A DNA stretch of 64,000 bases from the human T2T-CHM13v2.0 reference genome, Homo sapiens: the NCBI RefSeq assembly GCF_009914755.1, contig NC_060926.1; one strand, written 5' to 3'. The translations under genes were made by a program, and so were the position numbers. The stretch's first letter is position 1, and each line of letters starts with the position of its first letter. Under the pieces are notes generated by a model, which was not told the origin of the DNA, did not search any database, and saw only the letters and a list, made by a program, of their open reading frames with translations. Positions 27,458-40,478 of this stretch are shown piece by piece.

Positions 27458-28800
27458 TTTGAAGTAGTCTTTTTGATGACTCAGAGGTGGAGAAGCAAAA
27501 GACACAAAGTAGGTGAGGTTGACAGAAGCAGGGAGTTTAAGAATGAGAGTGTGGAAATGCAGTAACAAGAGGAAACGTAGAGAGATAGACTTGGGTCAGA
27601 TCATAAAAGGCTCTAAATGCCATGCTAAGGAGTTTGCACTTGATCTGATGCACAATGAGAGACAAAGCTTTTTGAAGAGGAAAATGTGTTGACAAAAGTG
27701 GGAAAATTGGCCTGCAATTCTTGGCAGGATGGAATGAAAGGAAGAAGCTTTGAGGGGGGTAAGTCAGAATCATTTAGTACCCTTCTGGAATGCCAAGAGT
27801 TCCAGTTCCATGGGAATGTTGGCTATCTGTTCATAGCTCTGGGTACTATGTAGTATGCAGTAAATAGTTGTTGAATTAATGAAATGGTCATGTTTCTCTT
27901 ATTGGGAAAGTCTGTAATTGTTAACTTCAAGTTTATAACAGGTTTCCTTGATTAAGAGCTTTACAATTTATGTACTAACAATGTTTTCCATTTAAAATGC
28001 CTTGGGAAATTTCAAGTCTATTTATAATCACTGATGTCAGTGAGAAGAACAAAAAGCTAATTTACAATTCATTATTCAGCCATTATTCTACCCCATGGGT
28101 GGGACTAATGAACATTAGGTTATAGGTGGCAAGCATGTTGATAAGGGAAAGAATAGCAGGTCCTAAAGATGAATTGTAGCTCAGCACTCTTATCAGGCTC
28201 AATAAATAGAGCCTTTCAAGATAATTCAATACATTGAGTTGCTATTGAAATAGGGAAAATGTATGTGTTCTAATTTTTTTGGTAGAGAAAGTAATCTTTT
28301 TAAGGATGTTCCTGTTTCATGTGTTTGAGGTTTGTTCCCTCAGTAGACTGACAGCTGATAGGAGTCATGATGTATTCCGTGTTCCTGTACACAATATATA
28401 GTGCCAACTAAGGGTTTTTTATTAATGTATAAAATGCCAAAGCACTCCATGTGAAAATTCAAAATCTTTGCCATTGGATTGCTTCTTACAGGTGGAAAGA
28501 CCATATTGATTTCATTATTATGCATTTTCTACAAATAAAATTCAAATTCAGAAAAACACAAGTAGCTTACATTTATTAAATGCTTATTATGTGCCAGGCC
28601 CTGGTGTAAGTTGCTTACATAGAAGAATACATTGATTCTTCACATCAATGTATAAAGTAGATGTTATCTTATCTCTGTTTTATAAATCAAGAAACTTGAT
28701 GCAAGGAGAAGTTAAATAAATTATCCAAGAGGATGCAACTACTAAAAATGGGGAGGAGAGATTTGAACACAGTCTGATTTTAGAGCCCATAATCTACACT

Positions 28801-29143
28801 AGGGGTCAGCAAATTTTTTTTTCTGTAAAGGGCCAAATAGTAAATATTTCAGGCTTTGCAGGCCATACGGTCTCTGTCACAATTACTCAACTCTGCCATT
28901 TAGCACAACATAGCCATAGACAATATGTAAATGAATGAGCATGGCTGTGTTCCAATAAAACTTTATTTATGGACACTATAATTTGAATTTCATATAATTT
29001 TCATGTGTCACAAAATAGTATTCTTTTTTGATTTTTCTCTCTAACCATTTAAAAATGTAAAAATCATTCTTAGTTTATGAACCATACAAAAACGGGAAGA
29101 GAAGCTCTGGTCTGGGCCCATAAGCTGTAGTTGGCTGATCCTT
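28801..29143 (+). mobile_element. MER58B (hAT-Charlie) inserted into a MIR
   Basis: taggggtcagcaaa...ctgtaaagggccaaatagtaaatattt...ctgtgttccaataaaactttattt...gctgatccttg. Degenerate 8-bp TSD atctacac / ctctaaac. MIR text on both flanks (~28560-28800 and ~29145-29170). Confidence 0.88.
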
Positions 29144-29549
29144 GCTCTAAACCACAGTGCTATTTAGCCTCTAGGAAAAGGAATGCAGAACCACCTAAGA
29201 AGCCACTTGGACTCTGTTAGGAATCTAAGCCACTTAGACTCCAAAGGAATTGGGTGGAGAGCTTTTAATTTTTATGCTGCATTAAGGATGAACATGAGGA
29301 ACTGGTAAAGGAAAGATTGCGGATAGACTTAAAAATAATTTATTGGAAGAAATGGCAACTAAAACCCCAAACAGGTTCCTGAGGATGGTGGTAAGATCTT
29401 TTTACGCCTGTATCGATTTGCCACAGGGACAATTACTGTTCAGAGATATGGCCTCTTCTTAGAATAGTAAAGGAGATAGTAAAACAGAGATGTTAGAGGA
29501 GAGGTACCAACTTTCTTGACAAGTGATAACTACATTAAAGGGTGCTAAA

Positions 29550-30148
29550 TCATGAGATGGCCAAATCTAGCTGGCTGCTGGTTTTGTACTGTCCATGGGC
29601 ACTACTCCAGCAAGCTAGCTCAACAAGCCATGGAGACCACTGGGCCAGAGAGAGATAGGGGTCCAAGGATTTCCTTCCCCATTTTCCCTCCACACCCAGA
29701 AACTGCCTCCCCAGTCACCCCATGCCCTGCCCAGGGTCAGTGCAGGTTGGGGGCTCCCCTGTTGGCAACTGGTGGGCACCAAATGGTAGAATACCAGTCT
29801 AGTGAATCACCTTACCTCTGAGCAGCTGCCCAAGTTGAAATGGCCATGCTAGCTCTGGGTGTCACTGGGGCAGACAGAGACCAAATATGGCAGCCACCTA
29901 TTCCACTGCCTGCTGGACCCCTCCCTATCTGTCTAGTGCATACTTGCCCTGAGAAAGTCTTCTTTAGATAGCAACTGGCTGCAGAGTGTCCCTGCTTCCC
30001 AGAATATCCACCCCAGACAAACAGGGCAGGATGGAGAGGGGTTTTCTCTCTTGTTATATAAGTACATGCATTATACCCTCAATTTTGCCTCTTGGTTCAC
30101 AAAACCTAAAATATTTACTATCTGGTTCCCCAAAATTTCCAACCCCTG
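29550..30148 (-). mobile_element. MER58/Charlie-like element with a GC-richer internal segment of uncertain origin
   Basis: Right end 'aaaacctaaaatatttactatctgg...ttccaacccctg' matches the reverse MER58 terminus. The middle is not recognised. Confidence 0.45.
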
Positions 30149-33039
30149 ACCTAGAACATTGCAGAGACCACAGAAACAAAGAGAAAAGAGGGAGAGGAAG
30201 AGGAAGTTGACTTGAATTAAAAGTTGTAAGATTTGGCAACAACTTAACACATTCAGTATTTCACTTGACAGAAGGGAAACAATTGAAGCTTAAGCAAAAT
30301 ATGTGACTGACAATTTTTGTCCAGAATAATAAGTAACAACACATCATTGTCTCTCAAAATGGTGCCCTCATGAAGTTGTTCATGAAATTTAACAATGTTG
30401 CCATCTCTCCAAAACATTTTGATACCTTTCTTTTGGAGATGTCCCCTGAATTTACACATTGCAAAAGATGTCAGAGAAGGAAAGTCATGTAGAATTTTAG
30501 AGTGGAAAGGACATTTGAGATCACCTTATTGTGTTATAGTGATGTAGCCCCTTCCACCAAATAGGTTAGCTCTCAGTTGATCACTTTCTGATTAACAATA
30601 CTTGCCTAAGTTTCACTCTGGGTTAAAATGAATTTATTAGTCAAGGATGAAAGACATGTTTCCATCAAGTATAGTGAAAATAATAAACCAAATATTATAA
30701 AAGCTATTTTACAAATAGGAAATAAAAAATGTTCTGAGTAACAAAAATGGTCATTTTTAGCAGTAGACAGTAAACTGTTTGGCTATATAAATTCTGGTGA
30801 ATTTTCTTTAAAAACATCATGCTACTTTATGACCAACCAAATTTTTGATTAATAACTTAATCAAAATAAGTGACAAAATAATTAAGTCCGTCTTAATTCA
30901 TGTTTCTCTGAGTTTTCTAGATTGCCTGTTAAAATGCATATTTTAAGATAAACACATCAGGCTAAGTATTTTGTCTGAAGTATAAATCAAATCAATTTTT
31001 AAATAAAGATAGACAAAAAGGGAATGCCATTATGATCATTCTATTATTATAGCAAATAATTCTTCTTAGGAAAAGATAAGGACAGTACTTTTTTTCAACC
31101 ACCAGGATGGTAGCTAGATTTTTTTTTTTTTTTAATTTCACAGAGATGTGCCACAGAGAGCAACCAAATATAACAACTCCTTTTCACAACCATGTGGAAG
31201 CAACTTGCTTCCTGCCATTTCTCTCTCTTGTGATATTCTGAAGTGAAAATGAAATACAGATACTATCAAACTGTGGCTATGACAGATGAAAAAAAAAGAT
31301 ACTTCTGTTTTACTGAAGTGCATTTGTTTTCCTCCTCCATTCTGTAGGAAGCATCACAAACCCACAGAGTCCCTGAGAGATGGATTTTACTGGGAGGCGG
31401 AATGCTAACTTTGCTCAAAGATGTGTAAATGCCACGTGCCCAGATGGTCCTTTTGCCTATTCATAGGGAGAGGCTCAGAAACACACATGCATCTTTCTGT
31501 GGTCAGTCATAACAGATTTGTTCTAAATAAGCCACACTGTTTTGCAAGATGGCAGGGAACTGTCAGGCTGTATTTTAAGCACAAATGTTTCTGCCAGACA
31601 GACACAGCATATACCATGTGCTTCAGGAACACACACACATGCGGCATTGATCTGAGGACAGAATATGGACCTGTGTTGTCATTTCGCAGCTCAGATCAAT
31701 AAGCCCACGTTACACTTCCTATACAGACCTTCAATTGATTTAAGGATTTCATGGCGATCATCTAATATAAAGATAGGGAAAGATAAGTACAGTCAGACAG
31801 ATAGAGGGGTAGATATTCCTTTTTATCCTTTACATATTAATGTTCTTTTGCCAAGGCTGATTCTACATATTGCTCCTGAAGGAGTCATTGTGCTGGGGGA
31901 GATCTAGTCATCTTAACTTATTTTTACTATGGTCCTTTATTTCCACTGAGTCACTTTCCACTGAAGTTTTAACAAAGGTAGAACTTAAGCAGCTATTTAC
32001 ACTTGATATCTTGTACGTTATCAGGTAGAGGCTTTGGAAATTTACAATCTAAGGTCGATATTCTAAGATAGAAGAAGTAACAGAGATTTATTTGGAGAAA
32101 GAGAAACAACTTTTAATTTCAAAAACTACCTTTCAGAGGTTAAGTGTAATTCAGGGTAAGGGACAAGAATATTTATATAACAATGCTGCTAACCAAACTG
32201 GGAAAGACCTTTGGGACTTCCAGTTTCAGGTGGTGTGGGATTGTGACTTTCATCTGATTTGTCCTGACAGGCAGCCTGAAGCAGATGGACGAGGGGAAAC
32301 CATGTTACAAGAAGACATAACTAGATGTGAGGGATAAATAGAAGTGAATGTTGGACCAAAGAGGAGGAAAAAACAAGTCTCTCAATGTAGCTAACAATTA
32401 ATTGATTAACTAGTTAATTATATCCTACCTCATTCCAAACACAATAGCAGGAGCTGATAAAGATGCATATTCTGAACTTGATGGTGAATAAATGAGGAAG
32501 ATAAATTAGGGTAGACGAGAGAAAAACAAATTCAAAAGTAAAGATTATATTCTAAATATTGCTTCTAAGAACTTTGCCAGAGATGGCTTGCAAACTTGAC
32601 TTTGTGCTTCTGAGCAAACAAGTGAAATAACATCAGTTGCAAGATTCATAGTGTTTACAGGGTAAAATGGGACCAGATTCTTAGTTTAATCCCAACTATT
32701 TCTAAGAAATGTCTCTCCTGGACTTCATAAGAGGACACTTTGATATAATAAGCAATATCTAACAACATATTTGTGGTAAGAACAGTAAGTTCTGTTAGAT
32801 TTTCTAAAAAATAGACTTTTTCACATTTAATACAGATGTAACCCCCAAGTACATTTCCACAAAAACAATTCTATTTCAAACTTTTAAAAAAAAGTGGCCA
32901 GTTAATTTAAAGATAAAGTTGAATGTCTAGAGGGATGGAGGCCATACAAATTTCAGGCAATTCCCAAAAAATATGATTTTTTTTACCGAATGTTGATTAT
33001 TTTATAACAAAAGATAAAGATGTGAATATTGTATTTGGA

Positions 33040-33162
33040 GATATATATATCTCTCCAAATATACATATATATACATATGAAGGAGTCGTGTGTGTGTGTG
33101 TGTGTGTGTGTTTGTGTGTGTGTATATATATGTATGTATATATATATATATATATATATATG
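33040..33162. repeat. (TA)n/(TG)n microsatellite complex replacing an Alu tail
   Basis: Alternating TA and TG runs directly adjoining the Alu 3' end. Confidence 0.9.
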
Positions 33163-33163
33163 A

Positions 33164-33440
<277 letters not shown>

Positions 33441-33854
33441 CCTGTTTGGAGATTAAGGGCAGATTTATCTGCATTGGACATCAGGCAAAATTAAGGGTAG
33501 GTTTCAACACTTTTTATGAATTTAGACAATACCAGGTAGAACATACCACACATATATAACTGAATAAAATACCACCCACTGTCAAGGCCAAAATTTTCAC
33601 TAAAAAATAACACCACAAAGACAAATAGCCATTTGGGGCTTCTGTATTGGAAACAACTTTAACAAGTTTTGACCATTTAAAGGAAATGTGCGATACGACC
33701 AAGGAATCCATTTTTATTATGTTGCAATCAACAATGTGGGATGAGAAACGGGGAATGAAAATTTGGAAATGTTAGGTATACGGGTCACAAATTAAAATAT
33801 GACATCTTAATAAACTATGTTAAAACCAATCAGGAAACCCAGCAATGTATTTGC

Positions 33855-34015
33855 AGCCTGTAATGCTAACATCAAACCAGCCTAGGAAATTTCCTTGGGG
33901 ATTAATGACCAGAGGGAATTAATGGCCCTTGGCTTCACCTCAAGCCATCCACTTTCCTAGCCAGTCATTAATCCTCGGAAATGTCCCAAGTCTCAATCAT
34001 TACAGCTTAATTGAG
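33855..34015 (-). repeat. Ancient palindromic repeat, Eulor5-like
   Basis: Inverted arms atttccttggggattaatgac (33889-33909) and gtcattaatcctcggaaat (33964-33982). The minus strand aligns by eye with the Eulor5A consensus as I recall it. Confidence 0.7.
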
Positions 34016-35248
34016 ATGTCACGAAAAGGGTTAAAGAAGTTTTGACTATTTTACTACATGAATACCAGCAGTGAAATGCATTTAGAATCCGTGTTTAAAA
34101 GACTGTAATTGCCTCAGATTCTTTATATTATCATAACTCTTCAAAATTGATTGGTTTTAGGTTTATGGAAAAATATGCAAATTTACAGAGGATATGACAC
34201 ACATTTCTCATCGTGGGAATAAAAGTAGTTCACACAGAATTCATTTGATTGAGTTTGATTACTGAACAAAATCTAATTATTTTAGATACATGATCAGACT
34301 TTTCTGGAGATGTATATTGTAGGAAAGAAGTATTTGGCATTTGTGATTGTTTATCCGTTAAAATGTGTCATGTTAAACAATGGCTACTTGGAGGCCCATC
34401 ATTTCTAGGAAACACTGTCAGGAACTACCTATTCAAACAAACAAAATAATTTTTTAAAAGCCTCCTTTTTCACTTACTCAGGATGGGCATACACTTAGCC
34501 TATGTGGAGAGGAGAAAAGACCAATCGCTTCTGCCTCAGCATTTTGGAACTCTGTTTTCTAAACAACTTCTCCAATCAACTTCTAAAGATGCTTCATTTG
34601 CCTAAGAATAGGCTTCTACCAGGCAATGGAGAATGGATCAATCAGAATCATAGTGAAAGTGACTGATCAGAATAAAAGTAATTAGAAAATTATCCCAATA
34701 AGACAATACTTTTTAAGTGTAATGTGTGGAAAGGGAACAAATTCACTAGGAGTAGCTTATGCTAGGAACAGTATACATCTGATTATACTCCTTGTAGTTC
34801 CGATGCTGGCTGCCTGCCAACCAAAGGAACCCCTTCTAAATTCTGATAATTAGTAACCATGTTTTACCCAATAAGTAGTGTCAAGAGTTCATCAGTTTGC
34901 AAACTTTTTCACTCTTCTATTTTTGATTTTCTTCTCTGGACTCAGTTCTGAGGAACAGAACTATTCCATTCTGTCACAGCCTTGAACGCTAATTGTCTGA
35001 GCATGGTGGGTGTAAGTGTATATGTGAGCATGTGATCAAAGAGTATTGACAGCGGATTTCAACATTACTTTCAACGAGTCACTTTCTGCAGTGGCTATAT
35101 CTAAATCAGTTGCCCACTCACTTTTGGAGTAGCTGTGTTTTAATAACACTCTTTGGGAAGGTTTCAGAAAATTTAAGCATGCTTTCCTGGATATAAGTGG
35201 GATTTTTCCTGCCTTTGTGAAAGTTGTCAAAATCAAAATGGATTCATT

Positions 35249-35674
35249 TGTATTAAAAAAGAAAGAACACCTGACAAATAGAGCCAGATAAGTCCTTGAA
35301 GAGAAGGGTTCTCATGCATAAACGCCTGATAACAAAAATCAGCACCAAAATCTACAAAACTGCAACCTTGCACAAAGGCCATCAAACAAAAAGAAGTATT
35401 TACCCAATAAATACTTCTTAAGTACATCTGCCCAGCAACTGCTGGTCCAACCTCAGGCTGGCATCACCCTTGTTATTGATCCTTGTGCCAAGGATAATTA
35501 TTTCAAACCAATTATGTAATATTCCTCATTTTTCCTTTAAAAACCTTCGTCTTCCTTTACCTCCCTGACAATGCATATAGTTTACTGTGGCACATGTATT
35601 CCCATTGCAATGCCCTATTCCAAAATCAATGTCATTTTCTTTTACAGTGGCCCTCTCTGTTATTTCGGGTGACA
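35249..35674 (+). mobile_element. Solo ERV1 LTR (LTR37-like)
   Basis: TG...CA ends. Internal 'catctgcccagcaactgc...ggcatcacccttgttattgatcc...caattatgtaat...cctttaaaaacc'. Confidence 0.7.
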
Positions 35675-35962
35675 CCTTAAACTGCTAATTTAGGCCTAGA
35701 GCTGAGGACAAAGAGATGTTATGTAACCCACGAAGGGAGCTGAAGGGAGCTGACAACAGTAAGGGCCAGACCACTCCCTCAGGATTTATTATTAAGAGAC
35801 CTGTGGGCTAATTTTGATCTGTCTATCCACTACCCAATACCTCAGCACCATCCCAGGCTAAATAGACAGAGGAGGCATCAAGGGGTCACCTGGGTCATCA
35901 AGAATATTAAGATCCCCACAAGTTCAAACTGGGGGAGGAAATTCCAAGAGAATCATCCTCCT

Positions 35963-36157
35963 CAGGTGTCCAAGGGTGAGAATATAGTCATAGGTTCTTA
36001 GTTTCTGTTTCTGGTTGGGTCAGTAAATCTCCTTCCTCGTCCCTCTTTTCTGCTTATCTACTAGAGACAGAAACTAAAGACCATGGCTTCAGAAGCTAAA
36101 AGCCTAAAACAGAATAAAATAGAGCAACAACAAAATAAGGCAGGTTGGACAAGCTCG
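35963..36157. mobile_element. Short hAT-type MITE (MER107/MER30-like) within an old LTR-like region
   Basis: Imperfect TIRs caggtgtccaa ... ttggacaagctcg. Internal inverted repeat tagtttctgttt / agacagaaacta. Confidence 0.6.
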
Positions 36158-36994
36158 CTAGAGATTGAGGCACCTGGAAGGCTGGCGTCTCAGTCCCTAA
36201 GTCAGACACCTGCTTGGTCAGTGGACTTGTTAATCTGCTCTGAGCCTACCTGAGCAAGAGAAAAGAGGACTGAAGAGAAGTAGCAGTGCAGAGATACAAA
36301 TAGCTAAGGTTTAGAAAGGGTATAGAAATTTCCTTTTGGGTTAAGAGACGCTTGGAAGGAGACAGGTTTCCATTGTCTTGTTAGTGTCCAGGCCATGAAA
36401 GTGTCCCTAAGATTGCGGGGTGAATTACTAGTGGCACACACATCCACAAACCATTGCCTGGAGCCAGACTGTCAATGAGAGAGGTGAAAGTTTTGATCCA
36501 GATATGAGATGGGAATTTTAGACTGGTCTAGACTGGACTTTGAATATGTGGGAGGAGAAAGAACTGAGAAAATGATAGGCTCCTTCCAGAATACTTAACT
36601 AGTGTGGAAGGGAAATTCAACAATATTTTATGCTTATGCCTTTGAGTGGAGATAATTCAGTAGATTGACTACTTAGATAATAGATCCAGGAATGCCTCAT
36701 GATGACCTATGTGTCCTGGATGCTTATCACTCTTTGTGTGACTTGTCAAGTTATCAGTTCCCATATTGACAGAATCGTTAGATTCTGATATCAGAACACC
36801 AGACGATTTATTAAAAGATTTTTTTTCTGGTTCTCTTTGTCTGGAAGAGTCAATTGGTTATCTTTATTTAATCTTTAGTACATTTACTAGTATACAGAGC
36901 CAAAATAAATGCAATTATCAAAGGCACTTAATCTTGTTTTTTGAGGTACTGAGGCTAAAGCATGAGAATCTCTTTTGATATTTTTTCTGTTCTC

Positions 36995-37815
36995 TTTTAT
37001 CATGTCCAGTATATCAACAAATCCTGTTATTCTGTCATCTAACTATTTTTCTCCTAACTCCCTCCACTGACATCATCCTAGTTCAAACCACTGGTATTTC
37101 TCCCTTGAAGAAATAGCTACTTAACGGTTCTCACTGCTTTTACTCTTGCCCTTCTACTGTTTATTTCCACCTAGCAGCCAATCATGAAAACCTAAGTTTA
37201 ATCATAACATTTCTCTTGTTAGAAGTTTCCAGTGTCTTTACAGAACACATTGAGTAAAGGCCAAAATCCTTACAATGGCTTTAGAGGCCCTACAAGATTT
37301 GTGCACCCCCTCCCCATTTCTCTGACATAATCCCTTATCATTCTCCCTTTTTGTGGTGATCTCCCCAACCAAATGTCATGTATTCTGAAAATAGTAAGAG
37401 TTAATATTTGTTTGGCACCTACAATATGCCAGACACATTCTAAATACTTTTCCAGTATTACACAGTTAGTAAGTGGTGGAGGTGAGATTTCTCTCAAGCA
37501 GCCTAAGTCCAGAACCTCTACATGCTGAATCCCTATACCATACTACCACCCAGTGTGTATGTATGTATGCAGAGAGTATGTATCCATGGAGATACTATGT
37601 TTCTAAATGATCAGTGTTTCCCACTAATTAAAACAAGCCTTCAGAGCTAAGCAGAACTGGATTCCCATCCTGGGTTTCCCTCTTCTTAGGAGTGTCATCT
37701 TAACAACTCCCTCCCAGGATTATTGTAAGGGTTTAATAAGAATATAAATAAATAAACTGTGTGTGGGAGGAGGGGCAGGTGGCACAGTGCTCTAAACATT
37801 GTAAATTTTATTATT
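36995..37815. mobile_element. L2 and MIR fragments
   Basis: L2-like 'aaaatccttacaatggctttagaggccctacaagatttg'. MIR-like 'cacagttagtaagtggtggaggtgagattt' and 'ccaggattattgtaagg'. Confidence 0.6.
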
Positions 37816-38642
37816 ATACTTATTTATATGTCTCCCCCCAAATTAATTTTTCCATTCTTAAGCCTCTTATAATGTTTAAATTTAGACATTTTGGAATCTA
37901 TATTAAAATGATTTATGACTATATAACTGTATTAAAAATTTGTAGACAATTAACTATATCTACTACATTGTCAAACTGTAGGCCAAGAAGGAGGAGTGGC
38001 TCTTTTATTTGTAATTCTGCAAAAGGTATTCAAGACTACAGGCTTTTCATTTTACTTATTTCAGGAAATTTTTTTCAAAGAGAATAATTTACATTGAAGC
38101 AGACAAACATACACTAACATTTTATCTTGATGCAAATTAAAAGTGACAAGGTATGATCTGGAATAGCAAAGTTTATAATGGAAACAGCAAATAAACTTTA
38201 AATAGGGCATCACAGTCTCAAAGCTGGTTTTATTTAGAGGGAAAAAAGTGGTTATTAGGGCTACACAGGGGGCCAACATGAGTCTATGCATCTAATGTCA
38301 TGATTATAGTCAAACATTTTGTCATGTTAGAGTCAACAAGAACTAGCTTACTATTATAAAACATGATCTTTAAATGAACAAAATACGCTTTTCAGATAGA
38401 GCCTCTTGAATTTCCACATCACTATTAGCTTCAAATATTTTCTTTGCATTTGAATCACTTCAAATATTTTCTTCGAGTCATATTTGCTGTATTAGCTAAC
38501 CAAAAGCCTGATTTCAGATTCTTAGGTGGTGCTTTCACCACCTTGAAATCTCTATAAACCTCGAATACATTATGGGTGTTCAGTAAATACTTGTGGATTA
38601 ATTGGATGGCTCACTGATTAATGACATAATGTTCCTCACAAA

Positions 38643-39061
38643 TGCATGAGGCTATTTTTGCATTGCTATAAAGGAATAACTGAGGCTGGGTAATTTATAA
38701 AGAAAATAGGTTTTATTTTGGCTCACGATTCTGTAGGCTGTACAGGAAGCATGGTACTGGCATCTGCTTCTGGTGAGGGCCTCAGGAAGATTACAATCGT
38801 GGCAGAAGGTAAAGGAGAATCCAGCACATCACATGGCAAGGGAAGGAGCAAGAGAGAGAGGGAGGTGGCACAGTCTTTTAAACAACCAGCTTCTACATGA
38901 GCTCAGAGCAAGAATTCACCCATTATGGTGAGGACAGCACTAAGCCATTCATAAGAGATCCAACCCTGTGACTTAAACACCTACACCCAGGCCCCACCTC
39001 CAACACTGGGGATTACATTTCAACATGAGATTTGGAGGGGAGAAACATCCAAACCATCTCA
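38643..39061 (-). mobile_element. Solo MST (MSTA/MSTB-like) MaLR LTR
   Basis: 'ttgctataaaggaata.ctgaggctgggtaatttataaagaaaa...gattacatttcaacatgagatttggagggg...caaaccatctca'. Confidence 0.9.
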
Positions 39062-39529
39062 ATAAATATTAGTATCTCTGTCTCTAAATGTCTAATAATG
39101 CACACACACAAATGGCACTATTTTAAGCACTTGACATATATCAGTGTATAAGAAGTCATTTAATCCACATGAAACCCCTCAGAAGTGGTTAGTAATATTG
39201 TCTCCATTTTGCAGATGAAGCTATGAAGGCATAAGGATAGTAGATGACATGTCTGTGTCACACAGCAATGTGTCTAATTTGGGATTTGAATCTGGGCAGT
39301 GTGGTACCACGGAACACACTTCTAACCACTACATCATGTGGCCAACATCAGGATTACTATCTATCTTGGTGAATATGTGTTCTAAACATCTAACAATGCT
39401 AACAGCTGCTGCCACAAAACATATAGATCACTGTTTGTGATGCCTTCTTTTTTTTCTCTTTATAAACTGGGTTATATTTTCTATACCATTTTCCAGTTGT
39501 TGGTGCTGTTTACTTTTTAAAAAAATTAT

Positions 39530-39662
39530 TATCATTTGTTTTTTAGAGATGGGGCCTTGCTGTGTTGACCAGGCTGGTCTCAAACTCTTGGCCTCAAGTG
39601 ATCCTCACATCTCGGCCTCCCAAAGTGCTGGGATTACAGGCATGAGCCACCATGCCTGGCCT
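39530..39662 (-). mobile_element. Alu left monomer (FLAM/AluJ fragment)
   Basis: tagagatggggccttgctgtgttgaccaggctggtctcaaactcttggcctcaagtgatcctc...gagccaccatgcctggcc. Confidence 0.87.
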
Positions 39663-40209
39663 GGTAATGCCTTTCAGTTATTTGCTGTGTTTTACCATAG
39701 CCCTTGTGTCTGTTTCTCATTTGACTCCTGCACTGGCCTTGGCCCATTTTCTATATTACTTCTCATCTCTAACACTTCCCTAAAGTCTCTTTAGCACACA
39801 GCTGCCTTTTCATTTTATCATATGTTGATGGACTCTGACTCATAAATATTTGTTTCATTTTTTTTGGAAGCATAGTAACATATGATTATATCCTTATGCA
39901 GCTATCAAATTATATTTGCTAAGCACCATCATTGCTTATAGCTATTATTCAAATCCCTTAAGGATTTGAAGGGATTATCCAACTTTTTGAAGGGACTGAG
40001 ATCCCATTTGCTTACAAGAAAGCAAAAGGATGTAATCTTGCTATTCTTTGAGATAATTTTAACCCATGTTATTGACCCTTAAAATATCCTTTATTGGTAA
40101 AAGCAGTAATATTAATTTTTGCTTCTGTAAAATAGAGATAATGAGGCAAGAAAAGTAAAAGTCCCCGTCTTACAGTCTGTTGTATTCTTAAACTCAAAAT
40201 ACTCGCTTT

Positions 40210-40478
40210 AGTCTGGGCATGATGCCTCACGACTGTAGTCCCAGCAATTCGGTGGGGCTGAGGCAGGTGAATCACTTGAGCCCAGAAGTTCGAGACCAGC
40301 CTGGGCAACATGGTGAAACCTCGTCTCTCCAAAAAATACAAAGAAATTAGCTGGAGTCTGAGGTGGGAGGATTCCTTGAGCCTGGGAGGTGGAGGCTGCA
40401 GTGAGCCAAGATCGTGCCACTGCACTCCAGCTTGGGCAACAGAGTGAGACTCTTCCTCAAAACAAACAAAATAAAACA
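40210..40478 (+). mobile_element. AluJ-type element with an internal deletion
   Basis: J-type 'gagcccagaagttcgag' and 'ggaggctgcagtgag'. About 30 bp at the start of the right arm is missing. TSD-like actcgcttta / actcacttta. Confidence 0.87.
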
